DNA of 64,000 nucleotides from an uncultured Candidatus Saccharibacteria bacterium (GTDB lineage Bacteria; Patescibacteriota; Saccharimonadia; Saccharimonadales; UBA10212), in assembly GCA_964460855.1 (NCBI GenBank), contig CAYWQH010000002.1, forward strand, positions 7,506 to 71,505. Direction: 5' to 3'. The stretch's first letter is position 1, and the number at the start of each line of letters is the position of its first letter. This document shows, piece by piece, positions 29,122-37,598 of the stretch. The notes under the pieces were generated by a model. It saw only the letters and a program-made list of their open reading frames with translations. It did not search any database and was not told where the DNA came from. The translations under genes were made by a program, and so were the position numbers.

Positions 29122-31572
29122 ATGAGCAGGTATGATCCAATTGCCGTTGAGACCAAGTGGCAAAAAATCTGGGACCAAACCAAGCTTTACGAAGTTGGCG
29201 AAGACCCGGACAAACAGAAAATTTACGCCACCCCGATGCTGCCATACCCCAGCGGTGTCGGCCTGCATGTCGGCCACGTCCGTAATTACTCGATCTCTGA
29301 CGTCGTAGCCCGTTATCACCGCCAGCAGGGCTTTAACGTAATGAGCAATATCGGCTTCGACAGTTTCGGTTTGCCGGCCGAAAATTTCGCCATAAAAACT
29401 GGTACGCCGCCCTGGATTTCGACCCAGGCTAACATAAAGAATTTCCGCAACCAGCTTAAACGTTTGGGCATTAGCTTTGACTGGAGCCGCGAGATTGATA
29501 CGTCGGACCCGGAATATTATAAGTGGACCCAATGGGTATTTTTAAAGCTGTTCGAAAAAGGCCTGGCCTACCAAGCTGAAAGCCTGCAGTGGTGGTGCCC
29601 GCACGATAAAACAGTATTGGCCAACGAGCAGGTAGAGAACGGCAGGTGCTGGCGCTGCGGCCATGAGGTTGAGCGCAAGCGGATGAAACAATGGTTCTTT
29701 AAGATTACCGACTATGCCGACAGGCTATTGGACGCCACCGATGCGTTAGACTGGCCGGAAAGCATTAAGACCATGCAAAAGAACTGGATCGGCCGCAGCG
29801 TAGGAGCAGAGGTAGATTTTAAAGTAGATGGTTCAAATGAAATTATCAAGGTATTTACCACCCGGCCAGACACGATTTTTGGCGCTACGTTTATGGTGTT
29901 GGCGCCAGAACATCCGTTTCTGGAAAGCATAGTCACCAAAGACCACCAGGAGGAAATTAACAGCTACATAAGCTTAACGACCCGCCAAACCGAAGTTAGC
30001 CGAATGGATACCAACCGCGAAAAAACCGGCGTGTTTACAGGGGCGTTCGCCGTTAACCCGGCCAACGGCGAGAAAATACCAGTATGGGTCGCGGACTATG
30101 TGTTAATGGGATACGGTACCGGCGCCATAATGGCCGTACCGGCCCACGACGAGCGCGACTGGGAATTTGCCCAAAAATTCGGCCTGCCGGTTATTTACGT
30201 TTTTGACCGCGAGGACGGCGGCAAAAACAGTTACTACGACGGCGAAGGCAAGGTTATAAACTCCGGCAAATACGACGGTTTAAAATCAGCGGCTGCCAAG
30301 GATAAAATCGTTAAAGATTTGGCCAATGAAAAATTAGCAGCCGAAAAAGTGAATTATAAAATCCACGACTGGCTGATCAGCCGCCAGCGTTACTGGGGCG
30401 CTCCGATACCAATTATCCATTGCCCGAAAGACGGTGCTGTGGCCGTGCATTCCAAAGATTTACCGGTTAAATTGCCCGAAGTAAAAAATTTTGAACCTAC
30501 CGGCGGGGCCACTTCCGTACTGGCAACCGTTGAGGACTGGGTAAATGTGCCATGCCCCAAATGCGGCGGGCCGGCCAAGCGCGAGACCGACACAATGGAC
30601 GGCTATGCCTGCAGCAGCTGGTATATGCTGCGCTACACCGACGCCCATAATACCGACAAAGCCTGGGATCCGGCCAAAGCTAATTACTGGCTGCCGGTTG
30701 ATTTCTATTTTGGCGGCGACCACGCCGTTTCTCACTTACTTTATTTTAGGTTTTGGAACTACTTCTTTGCTGACCAGGGTTGGGTGAACGTTCACGAACC
30801 GGTTAAAAAGCTGGTATTTAACGGATATATTAATGCCGAAGACGGAACCAAGATGAGCAAAAGCAAGGGCAATGTCGTTGACCCGCTGGAAGTTATAGAC
30901 AGCGGCTACGGCGCCGATGCCCTGCGGATCTTCGAACTGTTTATCGGCCCTTACGACCAGGACGTTAACTGGAACACTAACGGCGTAGCAGGTTGTTACC
31001 GGTTCTTAAACCGGGTCTGGACACTTACCCAAGAATATTTGGCCAATAACGAGCCGGATATGAGCAACGGCGAGGCCGGCCTGCAAATAAAAAGGATAAG
31101 CCACAAAGCAATTAAAAAAGTCAGCAACGACTTGCCGGCTTTTAATTTTAATACGGCCATCGCCGCCATGATGGAAGCTGTCAACCAACTATACAAAGCT
31201 AAAGCCGAGCACGATTACCACTTCAATAAGCAGGCCTGGCACGAAGCTCTTAGCCAGTTACTTCAACTGTTGGCGCCGTTCGCGCCGCATATCGCCGAAG
31301 AATTATGGCACCAGCTTGGTTACGAGGAATCTATACACGTTAGCGGCTGGCCTAAATTTGACGCCGGGTTAATCCAGGAAGGCTTGGTAACTTTGGCAGT
31401 CCAAATTAATGGCAAAGTGCGCGGAGAAGTTCTAATAGCCGCCGACGCCAGCGAGCACGACGCCTTGGCGGCTGCCAAAGAAGAGCCTAAAGTCGCCGAA
31501 TATCTTAAAGGCCATAAGATTAACAAAGTTATTTACGTGCCCCAGCGCCTGCTAAGTTTAGTTATAAGTTAG
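29122..31572 (+). CDS. leuS: leucyl-tRNA synthetase
   Basis: HVGHVRNY (HIGH), KMSKS, a zinc-binding CWRCG and the CP1 editing region are present. The protein is 816 aa. Confidence 0.95.
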   Translation: MSRYDPIAVETKWQKIWDQTKLYEVGEDPDKQKIYATPMLPYPSGVGLHVGHVRNYSISDVVARYHRQQGFNVMSNIGFDSFGLPAENFAIKTGTPPWISTQANIKNFRNQLKRLGISFDWSREIDTSDPEYYKWTQWVFLKLFEKGLAYQAESLQWWCPHDKTVLANEQVENGRCWRCGHEVERKRMKQWFFKITDYADRLLDATDALDWPESIKTMQKNWIGRSVGAEVDFKVDGSNEIIKVFTTRPDTIFGATFMVLAPEHPFLESIVTKDHQEEINSYISLTTRQTEVSRMDTNREKTGVFTGAFAVNPANGEKIPVWVADYVLMGYGTGAIMAVPAHDERDWEFAQKFGLPVIYVFDREDGGKNSYYDGEGKVINSGKYDGLKSAAAKDKIVKDLANEKLAAEKVNYKIHDWLISRQRYWGAPIPIIHCPKDGAVAVHSKDLPVKLPEVKNFEPTGGATSVLATVEDWVNVPCPKCGGPAKRETDTMDGYACSSWYMLRYTDAHNTDKAWDPAKANYWLPVDFYFGGDHAVSHLLYFRFWNYFFADQGWVNVHEPVKKLVFNGYINAEDGTKMSKSKGNVVDPLEVIDSGYGADALRIFELFIGPYDQDVNWNTNGVAGCYRFLNRVWTLTQEYLANNEPDMSNGEAGLQIKRISHKAIKKVSNDLPAFNFNTAIAAMMEAVNQLYKAKAEHDYHFNKQAWHEALSQLLQLLAPFAPHIAEELWHQLGYEESIHVSGWPKFDAGLIQEGLVTLAVQINGKVRGEVLIAADASEHDALAAAKEEPKVAEYLKGHKINKVIYVPQRLLSLVIS

Positions 31573-32126
31573 TCTTTAGGTTCTGCCTGCAACGGTACAT
31601 CGTAATAATCGCTTGGCAAGTTGGCGCCTTGCCGGGGAGTCAGGCCGTTTAAGTTTAAAATTTGCTTTTCGGTATCGCCTAAACAAGGCGAGTCGGGCTT
31701 GTCCAGGTCTACGCCGCCTACCTTGGTAGCTAAAAGCTCCGCGCTGCCGCCCTGCGCCAAATAAACCGTACGCCTGCCAATTAGCTGGCAGCGGTTATTA
31801 ACCGGGGCGTAGCCATATTCCGCCCAAGTGGCTTGCTCATCGCCGGTGTTAACCAGTAGGCCGCTTTTTTCGGCGGCACTCAGGCCCACTAAGGCCGAAA
31901 AGCCAATACCAAGTACGGCAAACATCTGCTTTAGGTTCCGGCGTTTAACTTCTGTAGAATGCCTTAATTGCCAGCGCCGCTCACGGCTTAATTTAGCGTT
32001 TAACTCGGTCCTGTCCAGCCGCCGGGCTAATTTTAAGTCATAGTCAGTACTGGCGATATCGGGGTTGGCCGCCTTGATTTCGTCGAACCGCCGCTCGACG
32101 TAGTCTTTATCTAATCGTTCACTCAT
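31569..32126 (-). CDS. hypothetical protein with one TM helix (185 aa)
   Basis: ORF only. Its stop overlaps the leuS stop convergently, and there is no motif. Confidence 0.5.
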   Translation of the reverse strand: MSERLDKDYVERRFDEIKAANPDIASTDYDLKLARRLDRTELNAKLSRERRWQLRHSTEVKRRNLKQMFAVLGIGFSALVGLSAAEKSGLLVNTGDEQATWAEYGYAPVNNRCQLIGRRTVYLAQGGSAELLATKVGGVDLDKPDSPCLGDTEKQILNLNGLTPRQGANLPSDYYDVPLQAEPKD

Positions 32127-32252
32127 AAATCAGGTAGATAATTATAAAATAAGCTAATGGTAAAGTCAATAACTCCTTGAGGTACATAACAACTTTAGTT
32201 ATAATAACTATCCGAGCAGTACAATATTAATTAATCAGGAGTTGTATTTACC

Positions 32253-32399
32253 ATGGGGAAACCCAAAAAACGGACCAGCCCAAGGCGCACCGGCACGCGG
32301 CGCAGCCATTTGGTCAGCAAACTGGCCAAAAGCGTTAATGCCAAAAGCCCTGTTAAGGTCCACACTACAGCCCGCCAGGCAGCCAAACAGGCCAAGTAA
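32253..32399 (+). CDS. rpmF: 50S ribosomal protein L32
   Basis: MGKPKKRTSPRRTGTRRSHL matches the bL32 N-terminal PKRRTSxxRxxxRRSH signature. At 48 aa it is missed by the ORF track, which shows a wrong-frame ORF here. Confidence 0.75.
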   Translation: MGKPKKRTSPRRTGTRRSHLVSKLAKSVNAKSPVKVHTTARQAAKQAK

Positions 32400-32478
32400 C
32401 CGGCAGCTTGTACTTTTAGAACCAAAAGGCATGTAATATACTGGTGGCAATACCAGTAAGAGGGAAACTTTTAACAAT

Positions 32479-32970
32479 ATGGCTTCCAACCGTCATTTAG
32501 GACGCATAGTGGCTCTCCAGACTCTATACGAGCAGGATTTCCGGCTTGAGTGCAACGACCCGGGCTTCGTTTTGGACGAAGTTTTAGAGCGCAATATTGG
32601 CCGCTACAGCGAAACAATTGAAGATAAGGAATTTATCGCGCGGTTGGTCCATGGCGTAGCGACTCATGAAGCGGAGCTGGACGACACCATCAGGCCTGTC
32701 GCGCCGGAATGGCCCATCGAGCAAATCGCCCGTATGGACAGGGTTATCCTGCGCATCGGCGTCTATGAGTTGCTGCACGACGAAAGTGTCCCTCCAAAGG
32801 TGGTTATTAACGAGGCAGTAGAGCTGGCCAAAGCATTTGGCGGCGACAACTCCTCTAAATTCGTAAATGGCGTACTGGGTACGGTATTACGCAATAAAGA
32901 AGAAAAATCCGGCACTAAGCCTAATAAAAAAGCCAAAGCGCCCACCAAGAACAAGCAGAAAGAGGGGTAA
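32479..32970 (+). CDS. nusB: transcription antitermination factor NusB with Lys-rich C-terminal tail
   Basis: [13 protein letters not shown]...ILRIGVYEL...[14 protein letters not shown] is the NusB fold signature. Confidence 0.9.
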   Translation: MASNRHLGRIVALQTLYEQDFRLECNDPGFVLDEVLERNIGRYSETIEDKEFIARLVHGVATHEAELDDTIRPVAPEWPIEQIARMDRVILRIGVYELLHDESVPPKVVINEAVELAKAFGGDNSSKFVNGVLGTVLRNKEEKSGTKPNKKAKAPTKNKQKEG

Positions 32971-32976
32971 ACCCCT

Positions 32977-33474
32977 GTGAAACGTCCCAAGCCTATCCAA
33001 GGCTTCAAGAAATTTGTAATTCGGCGCAGGCCGGCAATCAGTGAAGTACTGCGGGAAACTACCGCGGGCGGTTTAGTGTACCGCTATAATCCCCAAAACC
33101 GGGCGCTGGAGTTCTTGCTGGTGCAGGACGCTAAAAATCGCTGGACCATACCGAAAGGGCACGTCGAAGAAGGCGAAACTACCAAGCAAACAGCCGTACG
33201 CGAAATTTTTGAAGAAACCGGCTTAAAGCAAATTAAAATTCTTAATTGGCTGGGCAAAATCCATTTCCGCTACCGCCGGGGAACCAGCCTGGTGTTAATG
33301 GTCACCCATATATTTTTAGTTGAGCAGACAGATCCCCGCGAAAAACCTACCGGTGAGGCCTGGATGAACGGCATTGCATGGATGCCGGCCAACGAAGCTT
33401 TGGAAAAAATCGAATACGAAGATATAGGTAAATTAATATTATTAGCTCTTAAAAGAATAAGGGATTCAAAATAA
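32977..33474 (+). CDS. NUDIX hydrolase
   Basis: The Nudix box GHVEEGETTKQTAVREIFEETGL is present. Confidence 0.85.
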   Translation: MKRPKPIQGFKKFVIRRRPAISEVLRETTAGGLVYRYNPQNRALEFLLVQDAKNRWTIPKGHVEEGETTKQTAVREIFEETGLKQIKILNWLGKIHFRYRRGTSLVLMVTHIFLVEQTDPREKPTGEAWMNGIAWMPANEALEKIEYEDIGKLILLALKRIRDSK

Positions 33475-33477
33475 AAT

Positions 33478-34170
33478 ATGGACACCAATTTATACCAGCA
33501 GTTCGCCGCGGACAAGCTGGGTGGGGCATTTGAAAAAACAGACTTGCTGATTGCGGCCTTCACGCACCGCTCGTATCTTAATGAACATAAAAGAACTGCC
33601 TCCGAGCACAACGAACGCCTGGAATTTTTAGGCGATGCCGTTTTGGAGCTGGTTGTTACCGAGTACCTTTACACCAGGTACCAGGAGCCGGAAGGCGTGC
33701 TTACCAACTGGCGTAGTGCCTTGGTCCGCACCGAAAGCATCAGCGCCGCCGGCAGCCGAATGGGATTTGAACCACTGCTGCGCCTTAGCCGCGGCGAAAA
33801 ACGAGGCAGCGCCCGGGCGCGCGAACAAATATTGGCTAATTGCTACGAAGCAGTAGTGGGCGCGATATATTTGGAGCGCGGCTATAACTCAACCCAGGAA
33901 TTCATCCAGAAAAGCCTGCTCGATACCTTTGAAGAGATTTTGCATAGCGGTTCGTGGATGGACCCCAAATCGAGGCTGCAAGAGCTGGTACAAAGCAAGG
34001 ACGGCTTTACGCCGGTTTATAAAGTCCTGGAAGAAATCGGGCCCGACCACGATAAAGTATTTACCGTGGGCGTTTACGTTAACGACCAGTTGCGGGGGCA
34101 GGGCGATGGACCCAGCAAACAGGCCGCCCAGGTAGCCGCCGCCACTTCAGCGCTGAAACACTATTTGTAA
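33478..34170 (+). CDS. rnc: ribonuclease III
   Basis: The catalytic signature NERLEFLGDAVLE is followed by a C-terminal dsRBD (KSRLQE...GPDHDKVFTV...G.GPSKQAAQ). Confidence 0.95.
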   Translation: MDTNLYQQFAADKLGGAFEKTDLLIAAFTHRSYLNEHKRTASEHNERLEFLGDAVLELVVTEYLYTRYQEPEGVLTNWRSALVRTESISAAGSRMGFEPLLRLSRGEKRGSARAREQILANCYEAVVGAIYLERGYNSTQEFIQKSLLDTFEEILHSGSWMDPKSRLQELVQSKDGFTPVYKVLEEIGPDHDKVFTVGVYVNDQLRGQGDGPSKQAAQVAAATSALKHYL

Positions 34171-34244
34171 GCTTATTGACTAAAACAGATGAAACAGATA
34201 CAATTACCCCTTGAAATTAGTCAACTAAGGGAGATTACCATTTA

Positions 34245-34781
34245 ATGTTAGCTATTCGCCTGCAACGCACCGGCCGCTCCGGCCACGCCCAGTACCGGAT
34301 CGTCGTGCAGGATTCCCGTTTAACTCCTTTAAGCGGCAAAGTAGTGGCCCAGCTCGGCCAGTACAATCCGCATACCAAACAAACTACCCTCGACAGCCAG
34401 CGGGCCGCCGAGTATTTAAACAATGGCGCGCAACCTTCAGAACGAGTGGTCGGCATTTTAAAAGAACAGGGCGTTAAATTACCAAAATGGGTAACCAAGG
34501 CCGATAAAAAGCAAGGTAAAATCCGCCACCCCGAAAAACTGCGCCGCAACCGCCCCGCCACCGACGAAGCTCCGGCGGACAAGCCGGCCGACGCCGCGCC
34601 GGAACCTGTCGCTGAGCCGGCAGAAGCACCGGCCGCTCCGGCCGCCGAAACCGCCGAATCTGACGGCCAACCGGCAGCCAGCGAGCCCGAAGCCGTAGCG
34701 CCGGACGCCGCCCCGGAAGCTACTGAAACAGCCCCGGAAACAGATACGGCAGACGTGTCCGACGAAGCCCCAAAAGCTTAA
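34245..34781 (+). CDS. rpsP: 30S ribosomal protein S16 with Ala/Pro/Glu-rich C-terminal extension
   Basis: MLAIRLQRTGRSGHAQYRIVV is the S16 N-terminus. A low-complexity tail of about 90 aa follows. Confidence 0.9.
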   Translation: MLAIRLQRTGRSGHAQYRIVVQDSRLTPLSGKVVAQLGQYNPHTKQTTLDSQRAAEYLNNGAQPSERVVGILKEQGVKLPKWVTKADKKQGKIRHPEKLRRNRPATDEAPADKPADAAPEPVAEPAEAPAAPAAETAESDGQPAASEPEAVAPDAAPEATETAPETDTADVSDEAPKA

Positions 34782-34875
34782 TATTCGCCGCCGCGCTGTG
34801 TAAAAAATCCGCCGTTACGAAAACGGCATGATGGTATAATGGACAACGTAATTCGTGAGTGTAAGGAGCTTTGAC

Positions 34876-35253
34876 GTGAGCAGCATCGACCAGCAATTTG
34901 TCGAATACATTGTTAAGTCGTTAGTCAGCAAGCCCGATGCCGTGAAGATCAAGCGCAGTATTGATGAGAAAGGTGTCCTGCTAGAGCTAACAGTTGACCC
35001 AGAAGATTTAGGCCGGGTAATCGGCAAGCGCGGGGCTACCGCTCAAAGCCTCAGAACGCTACTTAGGGCCTTAGGAACCAAAAATGACGCCCGCTATAAT
35101 TTAAAAATCGTAGATAACGGCAACCCTATGCCGCCAAGCCCCAACCGGAGCGAAGCCACTGACGAAAATGGCGAAGTGCTACCTGCCGAACGGGAGAGTG
35201 TTGTAACAAAAACTAGAAAAGAACTTGAAGAACTTGATGATCTCGATGTATAG
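34876..35253 (+). CDS. KH-domain RNA-binding protein (YlqC/UPF0109-like)
   Basis: VEYIVKSLVSKPDAV...VDPEDLGRVIGKRGATAQSLRTLL contains the GxxG KH motif. I prefer the GTG at 34876, which has AAGGAG 7 nt upstream, over the track start at 34855. Confidence 0.8.
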   Translation: MSSIDQQFVEYIVKSLVSKPDAVKIKRSIDEKGVLLELTVDPEDLGRVIGKRGATAQSLRTLLRALGTKNDARYNLKIVDNGNPMPPSPNRSEATDENGEVLPAERESVVTKTRKELEELDDLDV

Positions 35254-35350
35254 TTAGAACTAGTCGTGGTTACGACGACTACCAAAAGCTAAAACTTCCG
35301 TCAGTTCGTTGCGAGCTATCTGCTTCGGCAGATAGGAACTGCCGGGAGCA

Positions 35351-35378
35351 AAAGGGACCCCCAAAGGGTCCTTTTTGG
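35351..35378 (+). terminator. intrinsic terminator between the KH gene and trmD
   Basis: AAAGGGACCC-CCAAA-GGGTCCTTTTT forms the terminator. Confidence 0.7.
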
Positions 35379-35428
35379 TTGCTTAACTTCGTAACTTTCA
35401 AATTAGCCCGGAGTATAATGCTTGTTAA

Positions 35429-36082
35429 ATGAAGTTTATTGTTATTACGCTTTTTCCACAGCTATTCGACGGTGTTTTTAGCACCAGCATGTTGTATAAG
35501 GCCCAGCAAAAAGGGTTGGTTAGCATTGAATATTTGAATTTGCGCGACTTTGGCCTGGGGCCGCGCCGTCAAGTCGATGATACCCCGTATGGCGGCGGCG
35601 ATGGCATGCTGCTGATGGCCGAACCTTTGTTTGCGGCTATCGAAAAAGCCAAAAGCCAATTACCCGCTGCCAAAGTTGTGCTTATGACCCCCCGTGGCCA
35701 AAGACTGGTACAAGCCAAGCTGCGCCAAATGGCCGCCGCACAAGATTTGATCATAATTTGCGGCCGCTACGAAGGTTACGACGAACGAATTACCTCTATT
35801 GTTGATGAACAAATATCGGTTGGCGATTTTGTTTTAACCGGCGGCGAAATTGGCGCCATGGCCTTAATAGACGGCATTGCCCGTCTGCTGCCCGGGGTGT
35901 TAGGCGGCGAAAGCTCGGCGGCAATCGAGAGTTTTAGTAACGGCGACGAGCTGGAATACCCCCAGTACACCCGCCCCGAAGAAATCCGAGGCTTAAAAGT
36001 ACCTGAGGTTTTATTAAGCGGCCACCATGCCGAAGTGGCTAAATGGCGGCAAAATCAACAGCGCCGACCCGATAAGACATAA
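35429..36082 (+). CDS. trmD: tRNA (guanine37-N1)-methyltransferase
   Basis: The TrmD core DDTPYGGGDGMLL, CGRYEGYDER and VLTGGE is present. Confidence 0.95.
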   Translation: MKFIVITLFPQLFDGVFSTSMLYKAQQKGLVSIEYLNLRDFGLGPRRQVDDTPYGGGDGMLLMAEPLFAAIEKAKSQLPAAKVVLMTPRGQRLVQAKLRQMAAAQDLIIICGRYEGYDERITSIVDEQISVGDFVLTGGEIGAMALIDGIARLLPGVLGGESSAAIESFSNGDELEYPQYTRPEEIRGLKVPEVLLSGHHAEVAKWRQNQQRRPDKT

Positions 36083-36108
36083 GCGCTTTATCGCTGTATA
36101 ATGCTGCT

Positions 36109-36606
36109 ATGCGCCATAAAGTAGTAGCCGTAGACCCGCCAAAGCTGAGCACTGAACAATGGCAGCTGGCCGGCGTAGTCGGCGTATTACTTGTAAGTTT
36201 CGCACTGTGCCAGGTTTTTTCTTTCCAGCATTTTACCGACAGTTTACAAATTATGGGCCTGAGCGGCACTTCCGGGCTGGGAGTAATGATTATATTAATG
36301 GAGTTATGGGGCGCAGCTTGCTGCTTCCGCTTAAAACTTAGTTCGCTTTTCAGGCTGGTTAGCGCCACGTTTATGGTATTGGTTACCGGACTATGGCTCG
36401 AGATATCGCTGCAAGCCCTGGTTAAAAATAACCCGGTTGAATCATTGGGCTTATGGGGCAGCCTGGTTGGTATTCCGCTGAACTGGCTTACCGTAGCTAT
36501 GCTGGCCGCATTATTCTTAACCAGCGTGCACGTCGGAATATTAGTACATGGAGATATGCGCAAGTTAAAATTAAAGAATAAAGCGGCTAATAAAAGGAGG
36601 AAGTAA
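36109..36606 (+). CDS. hypothetical membrane protein (165 aa, 4 TM)
   Basis: Hydrophobic profile only. I chose it over the antisense ORF at 36039-36563 because of its TM periodicity and its stop abutting sodA. Confidence 0.55.
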   Translation: MRHKVVAVDPPKLSTEQWQLAGVVGVLLVSFALCQVFSFQHFTDSLQIMGLSGTSGLGVMIILMELWGAACCFRLKLSSLFRLVSATFMVLVTGLWLEISLQALVKNNPVESLGLWGSLVGIPLNWLTVAMLAALFLTSVHVGILVHGDMRKLKLKNKAANKRRK

Positions 36607-37202
36607 TGTTTACGTTACCCGAACTTGGTTATGAATATAATGCCCTCGAACCGCATATCGATGCCCAAACCATGGAAATCCATTATTCTAAACATCACGC
36701 TACTTACGTAACTAAGCTAAACGAAGCTTTAGCTAACGCGCCGGATTGGAACAACCAGCCTATTGAGCAATTGTTAACTAATTTAAGCGATGTTCCGGCC
36801 GAACTGCAAAACGCCATTCGAAACAACGGCGGCGGCCACCATAACCACACTTTGTTCTGGGAATCGATTAAACCCGGCGGCAACCAAATGACACCAAAAA
36901 TTACAGCCGCCCTGGAAATTGCTTTTGGTACGGTGGAAGATTTTAAAACGATTTTTACTAATGCCGGTTTAAACCGATTTGGATCCGGCTGGGCCTGGCT
37001 GGTCAAGCATAATGACAATCTGGAGGTTATATCTACCGCCAACCAGGACAGCCCCTTAAGCCAATCGATGACGCCAATATTAGGCTGCGACGTTTGGGAA
37101 CACGCTTATTATCTTAAATACCAAAACCGGCGGCCCGATTATATCGCGGCTTTTTGGAATGTCGTTAACTGGAATATTGTAGAACAAAGGCTTTCCGCGT
37201 AA
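36606..37202 (+). CDS. sodA: Fe/Mn superoxide dismutase
   Basis: LPELGYEYNALEPHID...HHSKHH...GGGHHNH...DVWEHAYY is the canonical Fe/Mn-SOD pattern. Confidence 0.95.
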   Translation: MFTLPELGYEYNALEPHIDAQTMEIHYSKHHATYVTKLNEALANAPDWNNQPIEQLLTNLSDVPAELQNAIRNNGGGHHNHTLFWESIKPGGNQMTPKITAALEIAFGTVEDFKTIFTNAGLNRFGSGWAWLVKHNDNLEVISTANQDSPLSQSMTPILGCDVWEHAYYLKYQNRRPDYIAAFWNVVNWNIVEQRLSA

Positions 37203-37357
37203 TCAAGCCCAACTTGATCCACGTTATATAATAATATTGCGCCAAGGAATACTGTCTAGCACGGAACGTCACCATCTAGACGGCGGTTGAGGCCCCGGTA
37301 TAGTCGCATCCAAATATTGGGGAATCCCGGGTATCGCCCTGTTCCGAATAGCGTGGT

Positions 37358-37439
37358 TTAACTGAGCTTTTGGTAAAGCATTTCACTGAGACGGGGGGCG
37401 TCACTGTGAAAAGAGTAGGTTCGATTCCTGCCAGTTGAC
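37358..37439 (+). ncRNA. tRNA-like element lacking an anticodon loop and lacking CCA
   Basis: The acceptor pairs TTAACTG/CAGTTGA over 7 bp (one G-U). The D arm is GCTTT-TGGT-AAAGC and the T arm is GTAGG-TTCGATT-CCTGC. The anticodon and variable region is replaced by a 12-bp hairpin (2 mismatches) capped by GGGGG. Confidence 0.5.
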
Positions 37440-37535
37440 TTAGCGGGCACGCCACGTTGGGATCTGCCTTGAGGGGTAGGTTGAAGCCCAATGCCCGCTA
37501 TAGTAGGGCTGCCGCCAAAACGGCACCCTACACCC

Positions 37536-37575
37536 GGCCTGGATTCCTTCGGGGGTCCAGGCCATTTACTTTTTA
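37536..37575 (+). terminator. intrinsic terminator ending ORF-free transcript 1
   Basis: GGCCTGGA/TCCAGGCC form an 8-bp stem with an inner CC-TTCG-GG, followed by ATTTACTTTTT. Confidence 0.65.
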
Positions 37576-37598
37576 GCCTAATAATTATATAATTAGTA

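Noticed and set aside
32242-32436. Track ORF MYLPWGNPKNGPAQ... and the antisense ORFs around 32231-32489
   Set aside because: The +1 shifted frame starting at 32253 gives a clear ribosomal protein L32 signature (PKKRTSPRRTGTRRSH).
36039-36563. 174-aa minus-strand ORF
   Set aside because: It is antisense to a plus-strand ORF with a clean 4-TM hydrophobic pattern that abuts sodA. The minus-strand product is Ser/Thr/Pro/Cys-rich with no start signals.
37386-37406. Reading the tRNA-like element as an intron-containing tRNA (loop CUGAGAC would give anticodon GAG)
   Set aside because: Leu tRNAs need a long variable arm, which is absent here. No bulge-helix-bulge geometry is present. The spacing between the D arm and the anticodon stem is off.
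37265-37575. tmRNA (ssrA) hypothesis, prompted by the T-loop GGTTCGATTCC and a TATAGTCGCA stretch resembling the E. coli resume-codon context
   Set aside because: The acceptor stem has A3-U70 rather than G3:U70. There is no CCA and the acceptor helix closes locally. The only frame from GCA reads ASKYWGIPGIALFRIAWFN*, with no (L/V)AA-type tag end. No pseudoknot pattern was found. cmscan is still needed.
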